Below, one piece after another: positions 17,067-27,005 of a stretch of 64,000 nt of DNA (position 1 is its first letter; every line of letters starts with the position of its first letter). Under the pieces are notes generated by a model. It saw only the letters and a program-made list of their open reading frames with translations. It had not been told where the DNA came from and searched no databases. The position numbers and the translations under genes are program-made. The stretch is taken from positions 224,001 through 288,000 of the forward strand of contig OY970195.1 in NCBI GenBank assembly GCA_963708185.1, given 5' to 3'. Source of the stretch: Candidatus Peregrinibacteria bacterium (lineage in GTDB: Bacteria > Patescibacteriota > Gracilibacteria > UBA1369).

Positions 17067-17905
17067 TTGAACTTTTCCAACAACCTTTCGTGCAGAACGC
17101 TTTCCTTGCCGGAACGCTCATCGCCGTGGTGGCCGGAGTCATCGGTTATTTTGTTGTTTTGCGGTCACAGGCTTTTGCCGCGCACGCCCTTTCCCATGTG
17201 GGTTTCGCCGGGGCGACCGGTGCGGCGTTTTTGGGGATGAGTTCACTCGTGGGAATGTTTGCCTTTACCATTCTGGCCGCGTTGGGGATGGGATCTCTCG
17301 AAAAGAGGATTCAGGGACGGGATGTCGAGATAGGCATGGTTCTTTCTTTCGTGCTTGGTCTCGGTGTGCTTTTTTTGCGCCTCTACACGAATTCGGCGAG
17401 TGAGGCGGTGGGGGTACTGTTCGGTTCGATCTGGAGCGTTTCAACGTTTGATCTGGTACTGACACTCGTCAGCGGGGCGGTGATACTGGTCGCTTTGGCG
17501 GTGATTTTCAGGCCGCTTCTTTTTGTTTCGATCGATCCCGGTGTTGCCGAGGCGCGCGGCGTTCCGGTGAAGTTCATTTCGGTTTTTTTCATGCTGCTCG
17601 TGGCGATGACCGTCGCCGAAGCGGTCTTGATGGTGGGGATTCTTCTGGTGTTCGCTCTTATTGTCGTGCCGGCCGCATCGGCGCAGCACATGACGAGGAA
17701 ACCTTTTTCCGTCATCGCTCTGTCGGTGACCCTGGCGTTGTTTTTTACCTGGGGCGGCCTTTCTCTTTCGATTTTTACCGGATTTCCTCCAAGTTTTTAT
17801 ATCGCGGCGTTGGCTGCCGTCAGTTATTTTTTGATTGTCACGTTGAGCCATTTCAATTCGCCTCATCCGGCGGAGACGTTGATGCATCCCCATCATGAGG
17901 TTTGA
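17063..17905 (+). CDS. Metal ABC transporter permease (ABC-3), second paralog
   Basis: 'FAAHALSHVGFAGA', 'IDPGVAEARGVPV'; His-rich C-terminus; ATGA overlap with the previous gene. Confidence 0.92.
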   Translation: MIELFQQPFVQNAFLAGTLIAVVAGVIGYFVVLRSQAFAAHALSHVGFAGATGAAFLGMSSLVGMFAFTILAALGMGSLEKRIQGRDVEIGMVLSFVLGLGVLFLRLYTNSASEAVGVLFGSIWSVSTFDLVLTLVSGAVILVALAVIFRPLLFVSIDPGVAEARGVPVKFISVFFMLLVAMTVAEAVLMVGILLVFALIVVPAASAQHMTRKPFSVIALSVTLALFFTWGGLSLSIFTGFPPSFYIAALAAVSYFLIVTLSHFNSPHPAETLMHPHHEV

Positions 17906-17969
17906 TATTTATTTGATTTTGCGGCTTTTTGTGATCTAATGGAGCAAGATATTTTTTAATCTTTCCCCA

Positions 17970-18779
17970 ATGGATCCAAAAGATATTAAAAAGATTGTTG
18001 CCGCGGGCGTCGTTGTCCTCGTGGTTTTTGCCGTTATTCTCTTGAATCCTCTGGTTGTCGTCGATGCCGGTGAACGCGGCGTCGTGCTCAACTGGGGTGC
18101 ATTCCAGGGACAGGTGATGGAGCCGGGATTGCATTTCCGGATTCCGTTCATGCAGCAGGTCGTGAAAATCAATGTCCAGACTCAAAAGGTGGAAATCAAT
18201 GATTCTGAAGCTTACTCCCACGATCTTCAGGTCGTGACGGTTCAGAGTGCTTTGACCTATAACATCGATCCCAAAGAGGTCGGTCTGCTTTATGCCGAAA
18301 TAGGTCCCGCCTATGAAGAGAAGATCATCGATCCGGCTTTGGAAGCGTCGGTCAAACAGGTTTACGCTCAGTATACTGCTGAAGAACTTCTTTCCAAACG
18401 CAGCCAGGTTCAGTCCGAAATTGAGGACAGCTTCAAGAAGACGATCGAAGGGAAACATATTATCGTTCAGCATTATGCTCTGAAAGACGAAGCGTTCAGT
18501 CCTGATTTTGAAAGTGCCATCGAACAGAAACAGATTGCAGAGCAGTCCGCTTTAAAGGCCAAGAACGATCTCGACAGAATCAAGATCGAATCGCAACAGC
18601 GTGTGACGCAGGCCCAGGCTGAAGCTGAAGCCATCAAGATACAGGCTGAAGCCATCCAGCAGCAGGGAGGGCAGGAATACGTTCAGCTTCAGGCCATCGA
18701 CAAATGGGACGGCAGGTTGCCGACGCAGATGCTTTCGGGAGGAACGGTGCCGTTTATTAATGTCGGAACCGCCAAGTAA
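17970..18779 (+). CDS. SPFH/prohibitin family protein
   Basis: 'VDAGERGVV..WG', 'PGLHFRIPFMQ', 'AIEQKQIAEQ', 'AIDKWDGRLP'. Confidence 0.92.
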   Translation: MDPKDIKKIVAAGVVVLVVFAVILLNPLVVVDAGERGVVLNWGAFQGQVMEPGLHFRIPFMQQVVKINVQTQKVEINDSEAYSHDLQVVTVQSALTYNIDPKEVGLLYAEIGPAYEEKIIDPALEASVKQVYAQYTAEELLSKRSQVQSEIEDSFKKTIEGKHIIVQHYALKDEAFSPDFESAIEQKQIAEQSALKAKNDLDRIKIESQQRVTQAQAEAEAIKIQAEAIQQQGGQEYVQLQAIDKWDGRLPTQMLSGGTVPFINVGTAK

Positions 18780-18800
18780 AACGTAGTTTCACATGAGATG

Positions 18801-18831
18801 AAAAAGCCCCCGAAACGTCGGGGGCTTTTTT
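18801..18831. terminator. Bidirectional intrinsic terminator
   Basis: AAAAAGCCCCCGA-AACG-TCGGGGGCTTTTTT between convergent genes. Confidence 0.85.
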
Positions 18832-18859
18832 GGTCTCTATATTTTTCAGTTGCTCTTAT

Positions 18860-19579
18860 TTATTGCTGGGATTGCGTGGTGCTGGTTCCCGTGCTTTGTG
18901 ATCCGTTTTGTGGAGCGGGCATTTTTGCCATCATGGCTGCTTCCTGCTGAAGCTTGGTGACGGTCGCTGCGTCGGTAGAGGTCAAGGTGATCTGGATTCC
19001 GTTGTCGATGTTCTGGACGGAACGGGTGACGTTCTTGTCGAACTCCTGACCGAACATGCCGGGCATGCCCGGACCTCGCTTGCCTCGTTCAACACCGATT
19101 CCGAAATCGAACCCATGCGCGTTGGGAGCGTTGGTCTGGAGTTTGGTGACCGTGGCGGCGTCGGTTGATGTCACGGTAATCTGGATGCCGTTGGAAACGT
19201 TAACGCTGCTGACGGAGAGATTGGGTCTGTTGACGTTTTGATCGGCATTTGCGCGCGATTGAGGCACTTTTAAGGATTGGAGCTTGGTGACGGTCGCTGC
19301 GTCGGTAGAGGTCAAGGTGATCTGAACTCCGCTATCGATGTTCTGGACGGAACGGGTGACGTTCTTGTCGAACTCCTGACCGAACATGCCGGGCATGCCC
19401 GGACCTCCTTTTCTTTCCATCATGCCGAATTTATGACTCTGTACCGTTGAAGCGCCGTTCTGCGTATTCGTCGCCGTGGTGGATGCCAGTGTCGTCGGAA
19501 TCAATGCCGATCCTGCCAAACTTGCAAGCGCGCCGACGGTCGCGATGCCAATGGTGATTTTCTGTGAAAGGTTGCTCAT
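18860..19579 (-). CDS. Secreted protein with three internal 'SVQNIDNGIQITLTSTDAATVTKLQ' repeats
   Basis: Signal peptide from ATG 19579 (MSNLSQKITIG...), three repeat modules. Confidence 0.8.
   Translation of the reverse strand: MSNLSQKITIGIATVGALASLAGSALIPTTLASTTATNTQNGASTVQSHKFGMMERKGGPGMPGMFGQEFDKNVTRSVQNIDSGVQITLTSTDAATVTKLQSLKVPQSRANADQNVNRPNLSVSSVNVSNGIQITVTSTDAATVTKLQTNAPNAHGFDFGIGVERGKRGPGMPGMFGQEFDKNVTRSVQNIDNGIQITLTSTDAATVTKLQQEAAMMAKMPAPQNGSQSTGTSTTQSQQ
18951..19407. repeat. 127-bp near-identical direct repeat (18951-19077 and 19281-19407) with a diverged middle copy
   Basis: The two copies differ at only 4 positions; 330-bp offset. Confidence 0.9.
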
Positions 19580-19800
19580 GGTGTTTTTGTTAATGATTAA
19601 TGGATATGAGCGAGGTAAGTGTTTGTTTGCAATTGCATGGGTTAATACGTACCGGCAATTTTTTTGGGTGCACAATGGTGCATGCTGATGGACCGGTTTT
19701 TTAAGAAATCGGCTTATGGTTGCAAAATAATGCGATGTTTACTATACTTCATCTTACGTGAGTCTTGGTTTAAAAATCCAAGTTTTATAATCCAATTTTT

Positions 19801-20358
19801 ATGAAAGTCATCGCTTTTACCGGAAGTCTTCGTAAGGGGTCTTTTAATCACGCCCTTTTACTGGCTGCCCAGGAATTAAAGCCTGAGGGAATGGAGATTG
19901 AGATTGTTGACGTCGGCCAGCTCCCGCTTTTCAATCAGGATCTTGAAATGAATCTTCCCCAGGTTGTCGCTGATTTTAAAAATAAGGTCAAAGCGGCGGA
20001 TTCGGTGTTAATCGCGTCGCCTGAATACAACTATTCCATCCCGGGCGTCCTTAAGAACGCCCTTGACTGGGGTTCACGTCCTTACGGGGATAACAGTTTT
20101 GAAGAAAAGACCGTCGCGATCATGGGAGCTTCCAGTGGGATGACCGGGACGGCCCGCGTGCAGTATCATCTTCGTCAGACGTTTGTTTTTTTGAACATGT
20201 ACGCTCTCAACAGGCCGGAGGTTATGGTCCCAACTGCCCAGGACAAGTTCGACAAAGACCTCAAACTGACGGATCAAAAAACCAGAGATAAAGTCAAAGA
20301 GCTGCTTGCGGCGCTTGTTGCCTGGCATGACCGTCTCAGCAGAGCTTCATCCTCGTAA
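19801..20358 (+). CDS. NADPH-dependent FMN reductase (ChrR-like)
   Basis: 'GSLRKGSFN', 'SPEYNYSIPGVLKNALDW'. Confidence 0.95.
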   Translation: MKVIAFTGSLRKGSFNHALLLAAQELKPEGMEIEIVDVGQLPLFNQDLEMNLPQVVADFKNKVKAADSVLIASPEYNYSIPGVLKNALDWGSRPYGDNSFEEKTVAIMGASSGMTGTARVQYHLRQTFVFLNMYALNRPEVMVPTAQDKFDKDLKLTDQKTRDKVKELLAALVAWHDRLSRASSS

Positions 20359-20368
20359 CCCCTGATGT

Positions 20369-21019
20369 ATGTGTTTTTCGGCCCCGGCCAGTTTTATCGC
20401 CGGAGGATCGCTGAGTGTTATGGGCAGGGTGACGGTCAAGCAGACGAAACATAAATCTGAAGTTCCGTTCGCCATCATTCCGTTATTGTTCGGGATCCAG
20501 CAGTTCATTGAAGGTTTCGTGTGGATCTCTTTCGGAATGCCGGTGCTTCATGCGATTGCGACCTACGGGTTTGTTTTTTTTGCCTATGTCGTCTGGCCGA
20601 TCTGGGTGCCGTATTCAATCATGCTGCTCGAGCATGACAAGTTGCGCAGAAAAATCCTGGTGTTCTTTTTTGCTGCGGGCCTCGCCGTCGGATTTGCCCA
20701 GCTCTATTATATGTTTACCGAACCGGTCAGTTCATACATTTCTTCGAATAGTATCGTTTATGTCGTCCCAAATGCCTTCGGCTTCTTCATGATGTTTTTG
20801 TACCTGATGGCGACCTGTTTGAGTTGCGCTTTTTCCAGCCACAGAATGGTTAAACTTTTCGGGTTCGCTTTGTTTGTTTCTTTGGCGATCGCTTACCATT
20901 TTTATACCGTCAGTTGTTTTTCGGTGTGGTGTTTTTTTGCGGCACTTTTGAGTCTGATTATTTTTATTCAGTTTCGATTGAAGGCCGATGTAACCGGAAA
21001 AGTCCCGGCGCACGGGTAG
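20369..21019 (+). CDS. Membrane protein (DUF6629-like)
   Basis: 'MCFSAPASF', 'PLLFGIQQFIEG', 'FSVWCFFAA'. Confidence 0.8.
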   Translation: MCFSAPASFIAGGSLSVMGRVTVKQTKHKSEVPFAIIPLLFGIQQFIEGFVWISFGMPVLHAIATYGFVFFAYVVWPIWVPYSIMLLEHDKLRRKILVFFFAAGLAVGFAQLYYMFTEPVSSYISSNSIVYVVPNAFGFFMMFLYLMATCLSCAFSSHRMVKLFGFALFVSLAIAYHFYTVSCFSVWCFFAALLSLIIFIQFRLKADVTGKVPAHG

Positions 21020-21034
21020 TTTTGGAAAATTTTC

Positions 21035-21065
21035 TTGACCCTTACGTTACGTGAGGGATTATGGT
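21035..21065 (+). promoter_or_regulatory. MerR-type promoter/operator
   Basis: TTGACC, 19-bp spacer, TATGGT, with dyad CCCTTACGT-T-ACGTGAGGG (21039-21057). Confidence 0.85.
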
Positions 21066-21123
21066 GGTGTCGTGTGGCCGCAAACATCACGATATCTTCA
21101 TCTTAATTACCCATGAAAAATTT

Positions 21124-21870
21124 ATGAAATCGCCGGCTCAGCTGTGGAAAGTCGGAGAACTGGCGAAGCTCGTCGGTGTCTCGGTGCGTACGCTTCATCA
21201 TTACGATAACCTCGGGCTGCTCACGCCTTCCCGCAGAAGCGAAAAAGGATATCGCCTTTATACCGCCGAGGATCTGATGAAGCTCCAGCTCATCAAATCG
21301 CTTCAACAGCTTGATTTTTCCCTCGTACAGATCAAGCAGTCGCTGGAACGTCCGGGGTTTTCACTTCTCGACGTCATCCCGCAGCAGATTCAACGTCTGC
21401 AGGAACAGATCACCGCACAACAGACTTTGTGCGATCGACTCGCCACCGTTGCGGAACGCATGAAGGCGAGGCAGCAAGTCAGTCCGCAGGAATTCATACA
21501 ACTTATTTATCTTACTACCATGATCGACAACCATTATTCTCCCGAACAAAGGGAGTGGATGAAAAAACGTGCTGAAGAGTTGGGCCCTGAACACATCAAA
21601 GAAGTGGAACAGGAATGGCCCAAACTCATCGCGACCGTCCGGGCCGAAATGGAAAAGGGGACAGATCCTTCCGATCCGGTCGTGCAAAAACTCGCCAGGC
21701 GATGGATGGAACTCGTTAAAGAGTTTACCGGCGGCAGGCCGGACATGGAAAAGAGCGTCGGAAATGTCTGGAAGCACGAAGGAGACAAGCTGCGTCAGCA
21801 GCATGGCGACGGCGTTCCCACGCCTGAAATGTTCCAGTACATCCAGAAAGCCATGAAAGAGTCGGAGTAG
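21124..21870 (+). CDS. MerR family regulator with TipAS domain (TipA/Mta-like)
   Basis: 'KVGELAKLVGVSVRTLHHYDNLGLL.P', 'GTDPSDPVVQKLARRW'; ATG 21124. Confidence 0.92.
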   Translation: MKSPAQLWKVGELAKLVGVSVRTLHHYDNLGLLTPSRRSEKGYRLYTAEDLMKLQLIKSLQQLDFSLVQIKQSLERPGFSLLDVIPQQIQRLQEQITAQQTLCDRLATVAERMKARQQVSPQEFIQLIYLTTMIDNHYSPEQREWMKKRAEELGPEHIKEVEQEWPKLIATVRAEMEKGTDPSDPVVQKLARRWMELVKEFTGGRPDMEKSVGNVWKHEGDKLRQQHGDGVPTPEMFQYIQKAMKESE

Positions 21871-21918
21871 CATTTTGGCCTGATTTGGGGTAGAGTGGAT
21901 GCTGATTTTTGTATTTTT

Positions 21919-22245
21919 ATGACACTGTTTCAGAAGCATTGCGTACCGTGTGAAGGGGGAAGTCAGCCTCTGCCCCAAAAAGAAGCCCAGGCCTACCACG
22001 CGGAAATCCCCGAGTGGACGCTTCATCACAAATCCCTGCAACGTGAATGGAAGTTCAAGGATTTTAAAGCGGCCATGGGTTTTGTGGATAAAATTGCGGC
22101 TGTCGCCGAAGAGGAGGGTCATCATCCGGACATGTATATTTTTTACAACAGGGTCCGTTTGCAGCTCAGTACCCATGCCATCGGTGGGCTTTCCACGAAC
22201 GATTTTATCCTTGCGGCCAAGATTGATCGTTTACTTCCTTCGTGA
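21919..22245 (+). CDS. Pterin-4-alpha-carbinolamine dehydratase
   Basis: 'CVPCEGG', 'AEEEGHHPD', 'THAIGGLSTNDFILAAKID'. Confidence 0.93.
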   Translation: MTLFQKHCVPCEGGSQPLPQKEAQAYHAEIPEWTLHHKSLQREWKFKDFKAAMGFVDKIAAVAEEEGHHPDMYIFYNRVRLQLSTHAIGGLSTNDFILAAKIDRLLPS

Positions 22246-22706
22246 TGATACACATCCGTCCCTATCAAGACAGTGACAAATCGCAGATTGTCAGAGTCAT
22301 TTCCAGGGTCCTCGGAGAGTTCGGATACCACTATTCGCGACAGCTTGATCGCGACCTTTTGAATATCCCCCGGTATTATGCCCAAAGAGGCGGTCAATTT
22401 TGGGTGTTGGAAGCGGGCGGCAAAGTCGTCGGAACCATCGGTGTCAGCGGGATCAACGCCAAGGTCTGTAAATTGCGGCGTTTTTATATTTTGAAACGTT
22501 ACCGTCATAAAGGGTGGGGATTATTGCTGTATAAAAAGGCCCTGGCTTTCATCAAACGGAAAGGCTACCGTGAAGTGTGGACGTCCACGACGGAGAGATT
22601 CAAGGATTCTATCCGGTTTCAGGAAAAAGCGGGGTTCAAACATACCAAAAGAGTTTTGTGGCCTTACAAGCGCGCCGGAATTTTTCATATCCTCAGACTT
22701 TCCTGA
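22242..22706 (+). CDS. GNAT family N-acetyltransferase
   Basis: 'KLRRFYILKRYRHKGWG', 'EKAGF'. Confidence 0.88.
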   Translation: MMIHIRPYQDSDKSQIVRVISRVLGEFGYHYSRQLDRDLLNIPRYYAQRGGQFWVLEAGGKVVGTIGVSGINAKVCKLRRFYILKRYRHKGWGLLLYKKALAFIKRKGYREVWTSTTERFKDSIRFQEKAGFKHTKRVLWPYKRAGIFHILRLS

Positions 22707-22775
22707 ACGGATTGTTGGAAAGTTTGTTTCTTTTGGCTTCTGGGGTATAATTCCCAGTAGTTTTTGATTCGACGC

Positions 22776-23501
22776 ATGAAGAAAAATGATCAACTTCAAA
22801 GTGACGTTCAAACTTCGTTCATCAACGAGAATCATCGTGGGAACCGTTTGAGTGATGTCATCCTGGGAGGCCAGGACGGCTTGGTGAACGTTCTCGGAGT
22901 CATTCTCGGTGTGGCCGCCGCATCACAGGACACGCGCATCGTGCTTGCCGGCGGACTGGCCGCAACCTTCGCCGAATCCATTTCCATGGCCGCTGTGGCT
23001 TATACTTCCAAGGTAGCGGAACGTGATTTCTATTTCAGCGAACTTGAACGGGAGAAAAAAGAGATCAGGGAGGTTCCGGAGCTCGAAACCGAAGAGATTC
23101 GCGAGATTTACCGACGGAAAGGTTTCAAAGGCAAACTGCTCGAAGATATCGTGAAAGTCATCATATCGGACGAAAAGATCTGGCTCCAGACCATGATGAG
23201 CGATGAACTGAACTTAAGTCCCGTGGAAAAGAAGCGACCCGTCACGTCGGCGTTCGTCGTGGGATTTTCCGCCGTCATCGGTTCGCTCGTTCCGTTATGG
23301 CCGTTCTTTTTTCTTCCCGTGCAGACGGGCATCTGGACATCGATGATCGTTTCGGCGATTGTTCTTTTCTTCGTCGGGGTCATGAAGGCCAAGCTGACGA
23401 TCGGAAGTCTGGCGCGGAGTGGCCTTGAAATGGCCATCATCGGGATGGTTTCGGCACTTGCCGGATACGGCATCGGATTACTTTTTACCCCACCGGCCTA
23501 A
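22776..23501 (+). CDS. VIT1/CCC1 family Fe/Mn transporter
   Basis: 'DVILGGQDGLV', 'AESISMA', 'ETEEIREIYRRKG'. Confidence 0.92.
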   Translation: MKKNDQLQSDVQTSFINENHRGNRLSDVILGGQDGLVNVLGVILGVAAASQDTRIVLAGGLAATFAESISMAAVAYTSKVAERDFYFSELEREKKEIREVPELETEEIREIYRRKGFKGKLLEDIVKVIISDEKIWLQTMMSDELNLSPVEKKRPVTSAFVVGFSAVIGSLVPLWPFFFLPVQTGIWTSMIVSAIVLFFVGVMKAKLTIGSLARSGLEMAIIGMVSALAGYGIGLLFTPPA

Positions 23502-23511
23502 CTTCAACATT

Positions 23512-24618
23512 ATGGCAGTCAAAACAAAAAGCAATGGCGTCGTCCTCAAGTATTTCCCGGGATATTTTCTCATCACCTGCCTTGTCCTGTCGGTTATTTT
23601 TCTTTACTGGCTCTTTCAGCCTTTCTTGACGGTCCTCGTGCTGGCGGCCATTTTTTCGACGACGTTCTATCCGCTGTATAGATGGATTCTCAAGCTTTTC
23701 AGAAACAGATCCAGCCTGGCTTCGTTTGTGACGTGCGTATTGATTCTGTTTCTCATCATCATTCCGCTTATTTTGTTTGTCTTTCTGCTGGCGCGCCAGG
23801 CGGTGGACATCTACACGTTCCTCCAGCATAAGGTTGCCAGCGGAGAATTTGACGCCTATTTGAAATGGCAGCACGGGAACTTTTTCTACGATTTTTATCA
23901 GGCCAATCTGGCACAGCTCAACGGTGCCATTGACGTCAATGCGCTCGATCTCAAACAGGGGCTTACCGATCTTGCCAGAAACGTGAGTACTTTTCTTGTG
24001 GACCAGAGTGCGTCGCTCCTTAAAGGCTTGGGAAGGATCATTGTCGGATTTTTCATTCTGATGTTCGCGATGTTTTATCTGTTCAGGGGACATAAGGATA
24101 TCACCAAGAAGCTCATGAAAATCAGCCCTCTTCCTCTTGAATACGAACTCGAACTGTTCAAAAAATTCAAGGAGATGAGCAAGGCGACGGTATACGGTAT
24201 TTTTCTGGTTTCCGTCATTAAAGGTATTCTCGGCGGAATCGGGTTTTTGATCGCCGGCATTCCCAATCCGTTGTTTTGGGGTACGGCCATCGGGATTTTT
24301 TCACTCGTGCCTTTGTTCGGCGCCACGATTATCTGGCTACCCGCCGCGATTCTTCTTTTGGTCAATGGACAGCTGGTTCCGGGTATCTTCCTGCTTCTAT
24401 GGGGAACCTTCGTCGTGAGCACGGTCGATAATATTTTTCAGGCCTTTTTTATCGGCAACCAGGCGAACCTCAATCCGTTGCTGGTTTTCCTGGCGGTTTT
24501 TGGGGGAATCGGGCTGTTCGGACTGTTGGGCGTTATTTTCGGACCTTTGATTTTGACGATTTTCTTCACGTTCCTTCATATTTACGAACTGGAGTATAAA
24601 AAGATCCTGAGTAAGTGA
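23512..24618 (+). CDS. AI-2E family transporter
   Basis: 'SLVPLFGATIIWLP', 'VDNIFQAFFIG', 'GLFGLLGVIFGPLI'; ATG 23512. Confidence 0.92.
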   Translation: MAVKTKSNGVVLKYFPGYFLITCLVLSVIFLYWLFQPFLTVLVLAAIFSTTFYPLYRWILKLFRNRSSLASFVTCVLILFLIIIPLILFVFLLARQAVDIYTFLQHKVASGEFDAYLKWQHGNFFYDFYQANLAQLNGAIDVNALDLKQGLTDLARNVSTFLVDQSASLLKGLGRIIVGFFILMFAMFYLFRGHKDITKKLMKISPLPLEYELELFKKFKEMSKATVYGIFLVSVIKGILGGIGFLIAGIPNPLFWGTAIGIFSLVPLFGATIIWLPAAILLLVNGQLVPGIFLLLWGTFVVSTVDNIFQAFFIGNQANLNPLLVFLAVFGGIGLFGLLGVIFGPLILTIFFTFLHIYELEYKKILSK

Positions 24619-24702
24619 GGAAAGGGCGTCTTCAGGTTTTGAGTATTGCTAAATATTTTAAATATGTTATAATTTTCTGATACATCGATATCAGAAAGTT
24701 AT

Positions 24703-25473
24703 ATGCAGAAAAACAAAAAACAACGTTCTTCATTTTTGATTACCTTTTTCCATCGGGACAAACTGATTGCCTTCGGTACGGTTTTTTTTGTGACGGCTCT
24801 TGTGCTGCTCGTGGGAATGTTTCTTTTTCCGACGGTACGATCAGTCCTTCATACGTCGGCGTTGGCGACGGGAATGGTCCCGGGAAGAGTATCAACCCCG
24901 GAAGCCCCGCCGGTGGTGATTTTCAAGGATGTGGATTCCACCCATCCGAACGCTGAAGCCATCGCTTATTTGAAAGATCATCATTTTTTGACGGGATATC
25001 CGGACGGAACCTTCAAGCCGGATGATTTTGTGACACGAGCCGAACTTTTGAAACTTCTTTTTTCCGTACAGCAGGTCGATCCGACCCCGGCCGTGTATCG
25101 AGCATGTTTTCAGGACGTGGCCGACGACTGGTTCGCGCCGTTCGTCTGTTACGCAAAAGCCAAGGGGTTGGTCCAGGGGTACGCGGATAAAACGTTTGCC
25201 CCGGGGAAAAGCGTTACCGTCGCCGAAGCGCTCAAAATTATTTTACTGGAGTTTCGGCTGGATCTTGCGGACGCTTCGGGTTTCCAGGAAATGAAAATGG
25301 ACGACGGGGCCTGGTTTGCTCCGTATGTCCGGACGGCTTTGAGTAAAAATCTCATTACCTGGGAAGAGTTTGTCCGGCCGGGGGTCATTCCCAATTTGAA
25401 CCATACTACCGTCGCCACAGCGCTCCTCAACAGAGCGCAGCTCGCTGAAATTCTTTACCGGCTGGTGAAATAG
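24703..25473 (+). CDS. S-layer homology (SLH) domain protein
   Basis: 'FKDVDSTHPNAEAIAYLK..GYPDGTFKPDDFVTRAE', 'GYADKTFAPGKSVTVAE'. Confidence 0.9.
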   Translation: MQKNKKQRSSFLITFFHRDKLIAFGTVFFVTALVLLVGMFLFPTVRSVLHTSALATGMVPGRVSTPEAPPVVIFKDVDSTHPNAEAIAYLKDHHFLTGYPDGTFKPDDFVTRAELLKLLFSVQQVDPTPAVYRACFQDVADDWFAPFVCYAKAKGLVQGYADKTFAPGKSVTVAEALKIILLEFRLDLADASGFQEMKMDDGAWFAPYVRTALSKNLITWEEFVRPGVIPNLNHTTVATALLNRAQLAEILYRLVK

Positions 25474-25474
25474 T

Positions 25475-26227
25475 CTATTTCTTGTTGAGTTCCTGTTCGA
25501 TGGTCTGCTGGAACGTATAGTAATCCTGAGCACCGACGACTTTCTGGTCGTTGATGAAGATGGTCGGTGTGCCGGAGATTCCTTTTTTGTCACCCGAAGC
25601 TATGTCCTGTTGGATGGTGTCGGCGTATTTGCTGGTTGAAAGGCACTGGGCGAATTTTCCGGCATCCAGGCCCGCGCTCTGGGCGAGGGTTTCAAAAACC
25701 TGGACGTCGTTGCTGTTTCCTGACCACATGTTCTGGTTGGCGAAGAGCAGGTCATGGTAATCCCAGAATTTATCCTGGTCCGCAGCGCATAAAGCCGCTT
25801 CAGCCGCTTTCGGCGCCTGGGGGTGGATATTGAGAGGGTAGTTGTGGAAGGTGTAATAAACTTTTCCGGTGTCTACGTAGTTTTTGAGGATTTGAGGATA
25901 TGCCGTGGAGAAATAACGTTCACAATATGGACATTGGAAATCTCCGAATTCGACGATCTTCACTTTTGCGTCTTTGTTGCCGAGAGAAAGGTGACCGTCG
26001 CTGTCCACGGATTTGTCGACGGTATCGTATGCGTTGGGGGGAGTCGTCTGGAGTGTGGGCTGTTGCGCTATGGTGTTCTGGTTATTGCTCACGCCGGTCG
26101 TTCCGGCAGTTTGATTGTATGTTGTAGGCAAAGTAGAGAAGCCAAGGCTTAGTCTTCCGACGCCAAAACCAATGATCAGTCCCAACAAAAAAACCGTCGC
26201 CAGCATCCAAGGGTTTGTATTTTTCAT
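25475..26227 (-). CDS. DsbA family thiol-disulfide oxidoreductase
   Basis: 'EFGDFQCPYC', 'GISGTPTIFIN', N-terminal anchor. Confidence 0.93.
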   Translation of the reverse strand: MKNTNPWMLATVFLLGLIIGFGVGRLSLGFSTLPTTYNQTAGTTGVSNNQNTIAQQPTLQTTPPNAYDTVDKSVDSDGHLSLGNKDAKVKIVEFGDFQCPYCERYFSTAYPQILKNYVDTGKVYYTFHNYPLNIHPQAPKAAEAALCAADQDKFWDYHDLLFANQNMWSGNSNDVQVFETLAQSAGLDAGKFAQCLSTSKYADTIQQDIASGDKKGISGTPTIFINDQKVVGAQDYYTFQQTIEQELNKK

Positions 26228-26235
26228 ATCTTCGA

Positions 26236-26979
26236 TTAAAGGAGTGAAATGTTGTTCACATTATACGACAGATTGATCCAGTTCACCAGTGCGTTTAAGT
26301 TGTTGGTCATGAGCAAAAGGCCGAGCAGCATCACGAATGCGCCGGCGATCACGGAAGAGTAACGTGCGACCTTGCGGAATTTTTTGAGTTTTTGTGAAGC
26401 GTGCGCCACGAAAAAGGTGAAGATGAAGAGAGGCAGGAGAAAACCCAAGGAATAAAAAGTGAAAAGCAGGATCGCTTCGTTGAAGTTTGCCTGCGTGGCG
26501 GCAAGGGTGAAGATGGCACCGATAATGGGGCCGTAGCATGGTGCCCAGCCGAACGCGAAAAATATTCCGGTCACGAATGAACGGAGGTATTCCACCTTCT
26601 TGAGTCTGGGTGAAAGCTCGAATTTTTTTTCTTTCAGCAAGAATTTGATGTTGATGAGTCCCGTGAGCTGCAACCCGAAAAGGATGATGATGATTCCTCC
26701 GACGGTTTGAAAGATGGGTCGATTCAACACCAGCGTTTCTCCTACGACCCCGATGACCGCTCCAAAGAGGAGGAAGATGATCGAAAATCCCAGGCCGAAG
26801 AGGAGCGTATTGAGAAGCAGTTTTTTGCGCGCTTCTTTTTTCCCGAGGTTTTTGTAGCCGTGCGAAAGCGATACTCCCGCGATGTAACCTAAAAACGAAG
26901 GGATGATCGGCAGGACGCAGGGTGAAGCGACGGAGAGGACTCCGGCGAGGAAAGCGATGATGATTCCGGGCGTGGACAT
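26236..26979 (-). CDS. ccdA: CcdA/DsbD-like transmembrane redox protein
   Basis: 'SPCVLPIIP', 'FAFGWAPCYGPIIG'. Confidence 0.9.
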   Translation of the reverse strand: MSTPGIIIAFLAGVLSVASPCVLPIIPSFLGYIAGVSLSHGYKNLGKKEARKKLLLNTLLFGLGFSIIFLLFGAVIGVVGETLVLNRPIFQTVGGIIIILFGLQLTGLINIKFLLKEKKFELSPRLKKVEYLRSFVTGIFFAFGWAPCYGPIIGAIFTLAATQANFNEAILLFTFYSLGFLLPLFIFTFFVAHASQKLKKFRKVARYSSVIAGAFVMLLGLLLMTNNLNALVNWINLSYNVNNISLL

Positions 26980-27005
26980 GAAGAAAAAATATTTTGTCTG
27001 ACTCG

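Noticed and set aside
18951-19407. Direct repeat as a DGR template/variable repeat pair
   Set aside because: The mismatches are not restricted to adenines of one copy, both copies are in-frame within one gene, and there is no reverse transcriptase in the window.
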